Origin: Spirochaetaceae bacterium
GTDB lineage: Bacteria > Spirochaetota > Spirochaetia > DSM-27196 > PWMO01
Length of the DNA stretch: 64,000 nucleotides
Direction: 5' to 3'
NCBI GenBank assembly: GCA_007693325.1
Contig: REDW01000115.1
Span: 61,057-125,056, forward strand
Shown: positions 9,584-19,003 of the stretch, piece by piece
Layout of the letters: each line of letters opens with the position of its first letter
Numbering within the stretch: the stretch's first letter is position 1
The notes under the pieces: generated by a model
The model's input: the letters and a program-made list of their open reading frames with translations, nothing else
The model's database searches: none
Told to the model about the DNA's origin: nothing
Translations under genes and position numbers: made by a program

Positions 9584-10242
9584 GTAGTAGCCCGGCTGCC
9601 GGCGCGGAACTGCAACGCAGCCGCGTCTTCGCAATGATGGTGGCGCTATGCCCGGCGTTGGCTGTCTCAACGCACCTGATCCACGCGGTTGTTTTCAGTC
9701 TGGCCACCGCAGTGGTGCTGATTGGCGCGAGCGTCTTCCTGACTGCGGTGCGGGGCGTTTTCAGCGGTGAGAGCCGCAGCGTCGCAGGATTTGTTGTGAT
9801 CGCCGCTCTGGTAAGCGTTCTCGATCTACTGCTGCAGGCCTACCTGCCGCGAATCTCGGCCGAACTCGGCATGTACGTACCGCTTATCGCAGTCAGTTGC
9901 ATTGTGATCGCACGGACGCGAATCGATCACGACACGATGGCCTCAGCAACGCTGGATGCGTTATCGGCGGGCTTGACCTTTGCTGCTGCGCTGATAATGG
10001 TTGCCACGCTGCGCGAGGCGATCGGCCTGGGAACGCTCACGCTGTTGCCGTTTGCCGGGTTTAATGGGGTTATAGTGCTCCCGTTTGTATCGCAGTCACC
10101 GCTGCGCATGCTGGCTCTTGCGCCGGGGGCCTTTCTGGTGGTGGGCTACCTGCTCGGATTCCACAACTGGGTCCGCGAACGCCTGAGGCGACGCCTGGAG
10201 CGCGCGGAATCGGTTTCTGCTGCACAAGGAGCGCCACAGTGA
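9580..10242 (+). CDS. rnfE: Rnf complex subunit E
   Basis: 220-aa polytopic protein with RnfE/NqrD-like sequence (MVALCPALAVS..., GMYVPLIAVSCIV). Confidence 0.9.
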   Translation: MSSSPAAGAELQRSRVFAMMVALCPALAVSTHLIHAVVFSLATAVVLIGASVFLTAVRGVFSGESRSVAGFVVIAALVSVLDLLLQAYLPRISAELGMYVPLIAVSCIVIARTRIDHDTMASATLDALSAGLTFAAALIMVATLREAIGLGTLTLLPFAGFNGVIVLPFVSQSPLRMLALAPGAFLVVGYLLGFHNWVRERLRRRLERAESVSAAQGAPQ

Positions 10243-10829
10243 GCTGGATTGCTATCTTTGTAAGCTATGTTCTGGTCAACAATCTGGTCTTCACCTATTT
10301 CCTGGGCCTGTCTCCTGTCATGGACACAACCCGCGGCTTGCGCGAAGGAGCACTGTTCGCTTCGGTGTTCACCGTGCTTCTCGCGGTTACCACCGTACTG
10401 GCACGGATTGTTCATCTGGTGGTGCTGGAGCCGCTGAAGCTCGGCTTTCTGCAGACCCTGGCATTCGTGCTGCTTGCGGTGGCGGTAGTCAGGCTTGCAG
10501 ATTACCTGCTGCAGCGGGTTGCGCCGCTGCAGCGGCAACGGTTTGAACCCAATCGAACGGTTATGATGGCTCAGTGTGCTACGGTTGGCATGATGCTCAT
10601 CGTGGTGCGTAACGATTATTCTGTGCGCGAGAGTCTGGTGGCCGGTGTTGCCGCTGGAATCGGCATTTTGCTGGCCACGGTCCTGGTAGCCGGCGTACGC
10701 GAGCAGCTCGACCGAGAGTGGATTCCAAAACCGTTTCGCGGCGCGCCGATAGCCTTCATCAGCGCCGGGCTGATCGCAATGGCGCTGCTGGCGTTTGACC
10801 GGGCGCTGCTGATCAACCTCTTTGGTTAG
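10239..10829 (+). CDS. rnfA: Rnf complex subunit A
   Basis: 196-aa polytopic protein with RnfA/NqrE-like sequence (NNLVFTYFLGLSPVM...). Confidence 0.9.
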   Translation: MSWIAIFVSYVLVNNLVFTYFLGLSPVMDTTRGLREGALFASVFTVLLAVTTVLARIVHLVVLEPLKLGFLQTLAFVLLAVAVVRLADYLLQRVAPLQRQRFEPNRTVMMAQCATVGMMLIVVRNDYSVRESLVAGVAAGIGILLATVLVAGVREQLDREWIPKPFRGAPIAFISAGLIAMALLAFDRALLINLFG

Positions 10830-10850
10830 GTTTTGGTTAGTTATATTTAG
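10821..10850. repeat. Three consecutive ~10-nt units ending in TTAG (TTTGGTTAG-G-TTTTGGTTAG-TTATATTTAG)
   Basis: Read directly from the sequence. The repeat starts at the rnfA stop codon and lies just upstream of the predicted GH57 promoter in an unusually AT-rich patch. Confidence 0.4.
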
Positions 10851-10858
10851 TTCAAACC

Positions 10859-10888
10859 TTTACAAACGCCTCGTGAGGGGAGTACAAT
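10859..10888 (+). promoter_or_regulatory. Candidate promoter TTTACA-18 nt-TACAAT for the GH57 gene
   Basis: TTTACA at 10859-10864 and TACAAT at 10883-10888, 27 nt upstream of ATG 10916. Confidence 0.4.
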
Positions 10889-10915
10889 CCCTGTCACGGC
10901 CCGGGCCAAGACCTC

Positions 10916-12859
10916 ATGAAAGTTAGACTGATCTTCGGCACTACCAACTCTCAACCGATCGGCATTGATGACAGTAGTATCGAAAACACCTATCAGCGAG
11001 CCTATAAACCGTTTCTGCGCGCCGCCTATAATCAGCCGCAGCTGCCAATTACGCTGCACTATTCCGGTCATCTGCTGCAGTGGCTTGACCGGCACCACTC
11101 CGAGTTTACCGATGTCCTCTCGGAGATGGCGCAACGCAGGCAGGTGGAGCTGCTCGGTGGCGCCTTCTACGACCCGGTGCTGGCGCTGATCCCCCGGCCG
11201 GACAGACTGGGCCAGATCGAGCGCATGACCACCCATCTGCGAAAGCGCTTCGGGCGCCGACCGCGCGGCGCGTGGATTACCGAACAGGTCTGGGAACCGT
11301 CGCTGCCTTCGCTGCTGAAGGCCAGCGGAATCGATTACACCTTTCTTTACGATCTTCAGTTTGCTGCCGGCGGACTTGAGGGAACCGCACTGCGTGCACC
11401 GTGCATTACCGAAGATGAGGGCAAGACCGTCATCGCCTTTCCACTGATCCGCTCGCTGTGCGAGTCATTAGGCGCGGTCACACCGGAGGATTTGGTAGAG
11501 CAACTGCGGCAGTATCGTACCGCTGACGAGAATGAACTGCTGTCGCTTATCGTTGACGGTGAACGTTATGCAGAGCAGTTAGAATCCGGAGAAGCGGCGC
11601 TGAGCTGGATCAGACGGTTTCTCGAACTGCTGATAGCCAATCAGGACTGGATCGAGGTGACCACGCCGGCGCGCTACCTGCGGCGCGTTGCACCGCGACG
11701 GCGCGGGTACTTCCCGTCAACCTCCTATCGCGACCTGATGCAGTGGTGTGTCACTGCTGATTCCAGCAATGGGCACCGGACTGCCGGCTTCTTTCGCCAG
11801 TTTCTGGCCCACTACCCGGAAAGCAATCTCATGTACGCCAAGATGCAGTACACGCACATCCTGGTGAACCAGTTGCGCGGAGACAAGTATCGCAAGCAGC
11901 TGGCGCGCGAAGAGCTGTGGAAAGGGCAGTGCCATAACGCCTACTGGCACGGCCGCCCGGGCGGAATCTACCAGAACCTGTTGCGTAAACGCGTCTACTC
12001 CTGTCTGATCGAAGCCGAAAAAGTCACGCGCGAGAAAGGTATCTTCATACCGTCGGTACTCAGCCTTGATTTCGATATGGACGGCCTTTCAGAGTACCTC
12101 TATCAGGGGCACGACATAAACGTCTACGTGCACACTGTCGGTGGAGTTGTTTTTGAACTGGACTATCTGCCTACTCCCTGGAACTATCTCGATACGCTGG
12201 GCCGGCATCCGGAGCTGTATCAGGCTACCGCTGGCGCCACGTACGACACATACCTGCGGCGAGCCTTTGTAGATCACTTCTACGCCGAGATGCCGCAGCT
12301 GAAGGATTTCATGGCGGCAACCTGCCCCGAGGTTGCTAACCTCAGCGGGGAACTCTACCAGGCCGATCAGCTCGACCGCGATCACAACGTGCTGCAGCTC
12401 GTGGCGCCTATTCGCGACAACAGCCGCGACCTGACGTTGCGCAAACGGTTCCAGTTCGGCTCGTCACAGCTGCACATCGATTACACGATCAGCAACAACG
12501 CCGACAGCCGCACCCACGGCTGGTTTTCCTGTGAGATCAACCTCGGTTTCCTGTCTGATGACCCTGATGCCCTGATGCTGGAAGCAGAGCAGCATCCCCC
12601 TCTGGCCTCGGCGCGCGGGCCGCACGCGTTGGCTACATCTCAGCTGCGTTTTCTGGACCGGGTCAATGATCTGGCGCTGGCCGTCGGCTGTACGCAGCCG
12701 GCAACGGTCTGGGTCTGTTCGCTGACCACCGAAGGCCGCTGCGGTTTGTCGCAGGACTCACAGTACCAGGGCAGCTGTGTTGTGCCGGGGTGGAGTATCA
12801 GCCTCGATCCCGGTGAATCGTGGTCGGTCGGCGTGACTCTGAAGATCGGGGCGCCGTAG
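10916..12859 (+). CDS. Glycoside hydrolase family 57 protein (alpha-amylase / 4-alpha-glucanotransferase type)
   Basis: N-terminal GH57-like sequence (LIFGTTNSQPIG...HYSGHLLQWL...ELLGGAFYDPVLALIP...WITEQVWEP) and a 647-aa length. Confidence 0.8.
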   Translation: MKVRLIFGTTNSQPIGIDDSSIENTYQRAYKPFLRAAYNQPQLPITLHYSGHLLQWLDRHHSEFTDVLSEMAQRRQVELLGGAFYDPVLALIPRPDRLGQIERMTTHLRKRFGRRPRGAWITEQVWEPSLPSLLKASGIDYTFLYDLQFAAGGLEGTALRAPCITEDEGKTVIAFPLIRSLCESLGAVTPEDLVEQLRQYRTADENELLSLIVDGERYAEQLESGEAALSWIRRFLELLIANQDWIEVTTPARYLRRVAPRRRGYFPSTSYRDLMQWCVTADSSNGHRTAGFFRQFLAHYPESNLMYAKMQYTHILVNQLRGDKYRKQLAREELWKGQCHNAYWHGRPGGIYQNLLRKRVYSCLIEAEKVTREKGIFIPSVLSLDFDMDGLSEYLYQGHDINVYVHTVGGVVFELDYLPTPWNYLDTLGRHPELYQATAGATYDTYLRRAFVDHFYAEMPQLKDFMAATCPEVANLSGELYQADQLDRDHNVLQLVAPIRDNSRDLTLRKRFQFGSSQLHIDYTISNNADSRTHGWFSCEINLGFLSDDPDALMLEAEQHPPLASARGPHALATSQLRFLDRVNDLALAVGCTQPATVWVCSLTTEGRCGLSQDSQYQGSCVVPGWSISLDPGESWSVGVTLKIGAP

Positions 12860-12863
12860 TCAG

Positions 12864-13790
12864 TCAGCGTACGTCGAGATCGGCTCGCCGCAGCGAGGCG
12901 GCAATCCAGTCGGACGCCTGGGCGTGGTAATGCGGTCGGGCCAGCAGAAACTCCAATACCGCGCGCTGGAAGAGCCCCTGGTAGTAGTACGTCTGTCCGA
13001 GGTAGAAGCGCGCACGCGCTTCTACCTCGGATGGCAGCGGCAGAGTCAGCAGATTCTCGATCTGCTCACGCGCCTGGTGCCACCGGCCGTGCGAAAACGG
13101 GCCGTCGACAATGCTGCGCAGGGTGAACGCTACTCCCTTATCGCTGAGGTCGGCGTCTTCTGGCAGCACGGTTGCAGCGCGTGCGCGCGACCGCTGCGGC
13201 GGCACGCTCTCCATCAGCCGTTCAACCGCCGCGGCGGTGGCCGGTTCAAGCCGCGTGACACGCTGTTGGGGAAGCGGTCGCGGCAGAGCATCTCCGTCAC
13301 CCTGCAGCATATCGCGCCACGGCTGCAGGTATGGCAGCGGACTGGCGCGAAACGAGTAGGGAGCAAAGAACTGCCGGTCGCTGATGCGCGAGCCCAGCGG
13401 CAATTGCACCGCGGCAGTGGTAGTATTGCGTCCCGGTTGCAGTACGATCGACCCATCGGCAATTGCCCGGGCCGATACCAGTGCGTAGTACGCCGGCACG
13501 CCGGGTATCGGGTAGTCGCGGAACTCCTGCCGGGCGCTGCTGACTACCGCAATCCGGGTAGCCGCGGCCAGCTTCTCGGTAGACTGGATCGGGTCGCGCG
13601 AGCGGAACAGGATCAGGTCGCCGGGGTCTGAATCTGCGCTCCAGCTCACAGTCACAGCATCATCGGTCACCTCGCTGCGCACTCTGCTTATCGGTTGCTC
13701 GGTGCCGGCCGCGGCCCTCACGGCCGCGGCGGACATAAGCGCCGTCAACAGCAGTGTCAGCATCAGCGTACTTGTCCGCAAATGCTTCAT
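12864..13790 (-). CDS. Secreted protein of unknown function, co-oriented with and 14 nt downstream of the encapsulin gene
   Basis: ATG 13790 is preceded by GAGAGGTGG (GTG 13799 is an alternative start). Signal peptide MKHLRTSTLMLTLLLTALMSAAAVRA. The C-terminal end is TPR-like (ARARFYLGQTYYYQGLFQRAVLEF). Confidence 0.6.
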   Translation of the reverse strand: MKHLRTSTLMLTLLLTALMSAAAVRAAAGTEQPISRVRSEVTDDAVTVSWSADSDPGDLILFRSRDPIQSTEKLAAATRIAVVSSARQEFRDYPIPGVPAYYALVSARAIADGSIVLQPGRNTTTAAVQLPLGSRISDRQFFAPYSFRASPLPYLQPWRDMLQGDGDALPRPLPQQRVTRLEPATAAAVERLMESVPPQRSRARAATVLPEDADLSDKGVAFTLRSIVDGPFSHGRWHQAREQIENLLTLPLPSEVEARARFYLGQTYYYQGLFQRAVLEFLLARPHYHAQASDWIAASLRRADLDVR

Positions 13791-13804
13791 CGCCGCCACC
13801 TCTC

Positions 13805-14599
13805 TTACTTCAAAAACAGAAGGACCGTCGGGTCGAGCACGCGGAAGGTAAACGTCTCGGTAAAGTAGAGGCTCACCGTTTGCGAGCTGTGCGAACTGTA
13901 GCCGATATCGATATCGCGGCCAAGGACCATCTCGATGTCACCTCCGCGCTGCGATACCAGCATTGCCGCTGGAATGAACGGGCTGAACAGCACCGGCCCG
14001 CCGATGACAGCCTCAACGTGCTGGATCAGCGGTTTGCCGACAACGGTGCTCATCAGGTAGTTCCATTCGGACTCGCGAACAACAAGCGCGTAGGGCCCTT
14101 CAATCATCGCTTTGCGCAGCGTAGTCAGCCCGGCAACCACCGACGGGTACAACTGATCCAGCTTGCCGCCGTAGTTAATCGGATCGTGAGCGCATAGCGC
14201 TTGAAGCGGCTCGAGCCCGGCCTCTTTCAGGCCGAGGTAGACGGCCTGTTCCTCGAACTTGGCCAACTCCCAGGCGGCCTGCTCCAACGGCTGCAAATCG
14301 ATGTCCGCGGCTCCGCGAACCGCGTTGTCGAGCTCCCACAGGTTGAGTTCAAACGGTGAACGCATTTCAACCAGCGGTTGCACCCGGCACACGCCGTAGC
14401 GCACAGAGTCTTCCGGCTGCTCGGCCGGCTGTGACAGGCGCCCGCTGGGAACCGCCATGTAATCAACCCCTTTGGGGCCAACCAGATCGACGACCTGGCG
14501 CAGCGTGAGGGTGCTCTTGAGGTAGCGAACCGCTTGCGACTCTATCTCCTGCCAGGCTGCCGATGCGATCGGTGCCAGCTCTTTTCTGAGCATATCCAT
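13805..14599 (-). CDS. Family 1 encapsulin shell protein (linocin M18-type, HK97 fold)
   Basis: 264 aa. The N-terminus LRKELAPIASAAWQEIESQA and the C-terminus VSQRGGDIEMVLGRDIDIGYSSHSSQTVSLYFTETFTFRVLDP match, from memory, the conserved ends of Thermotoga-type encapsulins. Confidence 0.9.
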   Translation of the reverse strand: MDMLRKELAPIASAAWQEIESQAVRYLKSTLTLRQVVDLVGPKGVDYMAVPSGRLSQPAEQPEDSVRYGVCRVQPLVEMRSPFELNLWELDNAVRGAADIDLQPLEQAAWELAKFEEQAVYLGLKEAGLEPLQALCAHDPINYGGKLDQLYPSVVAGLTTLRKAMIEGPYALVVRESEWNYLMSTVVGKPLIQHVEAVIGGPVLFSPFIPAAMLVSQRGGDIEMVLGRDIDIGYSSHSSQTVSLYFTETFTFRVLDPTVLLFLK

Positions 14600-14601
14600 A
14601 A

Positions 14602-14997
14602 TCAGCGCTTCTCCCTGTCGCGAACGTGTCCGATGCCCAGTCCGCGTGCTGAGCCGTTGCTGCGCGTGCCAGATCCGCCGGCGTGTTCTGCGCCGTGTCC
14701 GGTGGCCGCTTCTTCGGACGCCACAATGTCCCCTTCAGAAAAGAGATAGGTCTGCATCATCTCGTCCCAGCCGGGCATATTGCGTCGCAGCCACTCCAGC
14801 GCCATGCAGGCGTGCTCCATTTCTTCGTTGCGATTGTGCTCGAGGATGCGGCGCACTCCTTCGTCGCCGGCCAGGCTCATCCGCTGGTTGTACCAGTCTA
14901 CCGCTTCGACCTCTTCCTTCAGACTCATCAGTATGCGGGTGCAGTCGCGCGTGTGACCGCTCAGTTCCTCTGCCGGCTCGTGGTATTGATCGCTCAT
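14602..14997 (-). CDS. Encapsulated ferritin-like protein (EncFtn) with C-terminal cargo-loading peptide
   Basis: EEVEAVDWYNQR, HNRNEEMEHACMALEWLRR and YLFSEGDI are the EncFtn signature helices. A Gly/Ala/Ser linker follows, then ...SARGLGIGHVRDREKR. An AAGGAG SD lies 6 nt before the ATG. The stop is 2 nt from the encapsulin start. Confidence 0.9.
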   Translation of the reverse strand: MSDQYHEPAEELSGHTRDCTRILMSLKEEVEAVDWYNQRMSLAGDEGVRRILEHNRNEEMEHACMALEWLRRNMPGWDEMMQTYLFSEGDIVASEEAATGHGAEHAGGSGTRSNGSARGLGIGHVRDREKR

Positions 14998-15175
14998 AGG
15001 CTACTCCTTGCAGCGTGTGTCTATCTCTGTCTGCCCGCACACTATATCACGTTGCGCCGATGTGTGCGAGGTTGCCGCTGCCTGTCTGGAAACATCGCTC
15101 GTGCTCGTCTATACTGCACGGTAATGTACTGTACTGGACGGTCAGCTGCGGTACATGACTCAACAGGGGGCAGAT

Positions 15176-16279
<1,104 letters not shown>

Positions 16280-16283
<4 letters not shown>

Positions 16284-16648
16284 CCGAGCTCCGAGTCCTG
16301 GTAGTCGACGATCTCCCGTTCATGCGCCAGGCAATCCGTGAAGCACTCAGTGATAGCCGGTTCCGCATAGTTGCCGAAGCGGAGAACGGTGAACAGGCCA
16401 TCGCACGCTATCGCGAGATCGAGCCGGACGTGGTGCTGCTCGATATCGTGATGCCGGTGCTCGATGGTTTAACAACCTTGCGCCGTCTGCGTCGTATCGA
16501 TCCCGGCTCCAACATCATTATGTGCAGCGCGCTTGGTGAGCAGGCGATGATCGTACGCGCCATTCAGCTTGGTGCGCGCGATTTCATCGTCAAGCCGTTT
16601 CGTCCCGAGCGCGTCGTCTCGGCGCTGGAACGGGTTGCGCTGTCATGA
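16280..16648 (+). CDS. Stand-alone CheY-like response-regulator receiver domain
   Basis: LVVDDLPFMR, DVVLLDIVMP, IMCSALG and FIVKPF are the receiver-domain landmarks. ATG 16280 overlaps the prfB stop (ATGA). Confidence 0.85.
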
Positions 16649-18096
16649 AGCCGGTTACGGCCGCGTTACTGCTGGCTCTGCTGCTGCAGCCGGCGCTGCT
16701 AGCGGCGCGTGGCCGGCCCGAGGAGCCCGCGCTTCCGCAAGACCAGCGCGAGAGCTATCGCATCGGTGTATTGCCGTTTGAGTCCAGCGGGCTGACACCG
16801 GAGCAGCAGACGCTGACGCGGTCGATCCCGTTGCTGGTGCTCGAGACCCTATCGGGTTTGCGCGAGCATCGCCTGAGCCAGGCCGAACGCCAGGCCCACC
16901 GGCTGCGCGTGCTCGAAGCGGCACAGATCGATGCCGGGCGTGCGCTTGACCGCGAAATCCGCACCCGCGACCGGCTGCTGTTTGCCGACATTACTGCTGA
17001 GACCCGCCAGGAACGTCTCGAGAGCGCCGAAGAGCGCGTGGCTCTGGCACGCGCCGGCTATCAACGGCTGGCTGCAATCCAGCCCGGGCAGATCGAAATT
17101 GCCGCGCGCAAACCGCTGGAGGTCCGGCCGAGCGCTGGACAGCTGCTGCCGGGCGGCGTTTCAGCGCGCGAAACCGCGCGGCGCGAGCGGCTCGATTACG
17201 TATTCTCGGGATCGATCAGAGCGCTGGATGATGAGTATCTGGTGCTTGAGATATCGGGTTACAGCGCGGCGCAACAGCGTACGCTGCTGCGCGATATCGA
17301 GGTCCTGCGCGCCGAAGAGGTGTTTGAGCTTATCGACGAGGTGATCGGTCGCGCCGCCGAGGCAGCGCTCGGTAGGCCGTGGGCCAATCTGACGGTGCGT
17401 ACCTCGCAGCCAGACGCCGCGGTAGTGGTGGACGGCATGCTCTACGGATTTGGCGCGGTGAGCGTCAATTGGCTGGAGCCGGGACCGCGCGAGGTCAGCG
17501 TAAGCTACCAGGACCGTGAGCACCGCGAAACCGTGGTGCTGCTGCCCTTCGAGCAGGCCGAGCTCAGCGTGGAGCTTGACGCCGTTGAAACCGATAGCAT
17601 CACGGTCGAGTCTGATCCACCCGGCGCCGACGTCTACATAGAATCGGTGTGGAGCGGACGCACGCCTGCGACGGTGCCGCGTCCGCAGCAGCCGCAGATC
17701 GCCATCCTGCAGCGCGAGGGCCATCATAGCGCGCGGCTGGTACTGGGACCCGACTCGCCCGAGGTTGTCTCGCGCCGGCTGGCCTCGGATATTGTCGGCT
17801 GGAGCGAGCAGACGCAAGCCCAGCGTGATCGGTTCTACCGTTCGCTCGGCTTCTTTGTGCTGTCGCTGCCGGCGCCGATTATCCTCAACGGCATCTACGA
17901 CAACCTTTTTACCCTGTTTGCCGCCGGTACACCAGCGGAACTGGACCCCGATGCCGCAGATCGTCTGGTGCAAAGCGGTAACACTATCTACTGGGCGTAC
18001 TGGGGCAGCGTGGGTGTCAGCACGGGGCTGTTTGTCAATATGGCGCTGCAACTGGTACGTTATATCCGGACCGCTGAGTCGTACCACTTTCACTGA
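16645..18096 (+). CDS. Exported PEGA-domain protein with C-terminal TM helices
   Basis: Signal peptide MKPVTAALLLALLLQPALLAA, an IGVLPFES module, two PEGA-like beta-sandwich segments (LTVRTSQPDAAVVVDG..., VESDPPGADVYIESVWSGRTPATV) and a hydrophobic C-terminus. The start overlaps the receiver-gene stop (ATGA). Confidence 0.7.
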   Translation: MKPVTAALLLALLLQPALLAARGRPEEPALPQDQRESYRIGVLPFESSGLTPEQQTLTRSIPLLVLETLSGLREHRLSQAERQAHRLRVLEAAQIDAGRALDREIRTRDRLLFADITAETRQERLESAEERVALARAGYQRLAAIQPGQIEIAARKPLEVRPSAGQLLPGGVSARETARRERLDYVFSGSIRALDDEYLVLEISGYSAAQQRTLLRDIEVLRAEEVFELIDEVIGRAAEAALGRPWANLTVRTSQPDAAVVVDGMLYGFGAVSVNWLEPGPREVSVSYQDREHRETVVLLPFEQAELSVELDAVETDSITVESDPPGADVYIESVWSGRTPATVPRPQQPQIAILQREGHHSARLVLGPDSPEVVSRRLASDIVGWSEQTQAQRDRFYRSLGFFVLSLPAPIILNGIYDNLFTLFAAGTPAELDPDAADRLVQSGNTIYWAYWGSVGVSTGLFVNMALQLVRYIRTAESYHFH

Positions 18097-18121
18097 GACG
18101 TGTGCATCAGGAGCAACTGAG

Positions 18122-18994
18122 ATGAAGAAAGGACTATCTGCCAGACTGCGCCAGGTATTCGGTATCGGGACCGCCGATGAATCGTTCTTCGAAGAGCTGG
18201 AGGATTCGCTGGTAGAGGCGGACCTCGGCGGTACGGTTGCAATGGAGGTCTCGCAGCTGCTGCGCCTGCGAGCCAGAAAGGAGCAGCTGAACGGTGACCA
18301 GGCGCTTCGTCAGGCGCTGCACGATATTCTGCTGCAGTACGTGACCGCCGTCGATCTTTCGCCTGATCCCGCGCGGATGAACGTCTACCTGGTTCTGGGC
18401 GTCAACGGCGTGGGCAAGACAACCACCATCGCCAAGCTGGCGCACCATTTTGAGGCCGACTGCGGCGTCAGCGGCACGGTGCTGGCCGCTGGAGATACCT
18501 TTCGCGCGGCTGCGGTCGAACAGCTTGCCGTGCATGCACAGCGGCTGGGGGTTCGCATCGTGCGCCAGGCCCAGGGCGCCGACCCGGGTGCTGTAATCTA
18601 CGATGCGCTGCAGAGCGCTTCCAACCGCGGTGAGCGGATTGTGCTGGCCGATACCGCCGGAAGGATGCACAACAAGGCTAATCTGATTGCCGAGTTGCAG
18701 AAGATCGACCGAATTGTTGCTGGCAGGGCGGCTGACTGCAACTACCGAAGGCTGCTGGTGATCGATGCCACTACCGGTCAGAACGGACTGCGGCAGGCTG
18801 AGACCTTTCACGAGGCGGTTGGCGTGGATGCTGCAGTGCTCACCAAGTACGACTCGACCGCCAAAGGAGGCATTGTTGTTCCAATCTGTAAGACGCTGGG
18901 AATCCCGTTTAGCTACATTAGCGACGGCGAGCGCTACAGCGACATCCGGCGCTTTGACACGCGCGCTTACATCGACGATCTGGTCGGGCTCTAG
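18122..18994 (+). CDS. ftsY: Signal recognition particle receptor FtsY (short form)
   Basis: I chose the internal ATG 18122 of ORF 17765..18994 because the upstream part overlaps the PEGA gene. Motifs LVLGVNGVGKTTTIAKLA, DTAGR and TKYD are present. Confidence 0.9.
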   Translation: MKKGLSARLRQVFGIGTADESFFEELEDSLVEADLGGTVAMEVSQLLRLRARKEQLNGDQALRQALHDILLQYVTAVDLSPDPARMNVYLVLGVNGVGKTTTIAKLAHHFEADCGVSGTVLAAGDTFRAAAVEQLAVHAQRLGVRIVRQAQGADPGAVIYDALQSASNRGERIVLADTAGRMHNKANLIAELQKIDRIVAGRAADCNYRRLLVIDATTGQNGLRQAETFHEAVGVDAAVLTKYDSTAKGGIVVPICKTLGIPFSYISDGERYSDIRRFDTRAYIDDLVGL

Positions 18995-19003
18995 CGCGGG
19001 CAG

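Noticed and set aside
14998-15175. Fur/PerR-type iron box in the divergent EncFtn/prfB promoter region.
   Set aside because: Only short GTAC-containing pseudo-palindromes (GTACTGTAC) and a 5-bp GTGTG/CACAC pair are present. Nothing resembles the 19-bp GATAATGATAATCATTATC consensus closely enough to call.
17765-18121. Long N-terminal extension of ftsY suggested by the ORF track.
   Set aside because: It overlaps the 3' end of the PEGA-protein gene in another frame. The FtsY homology (MKKGLSARL...EELEDSLVEADLG) begins at ATG 18122.
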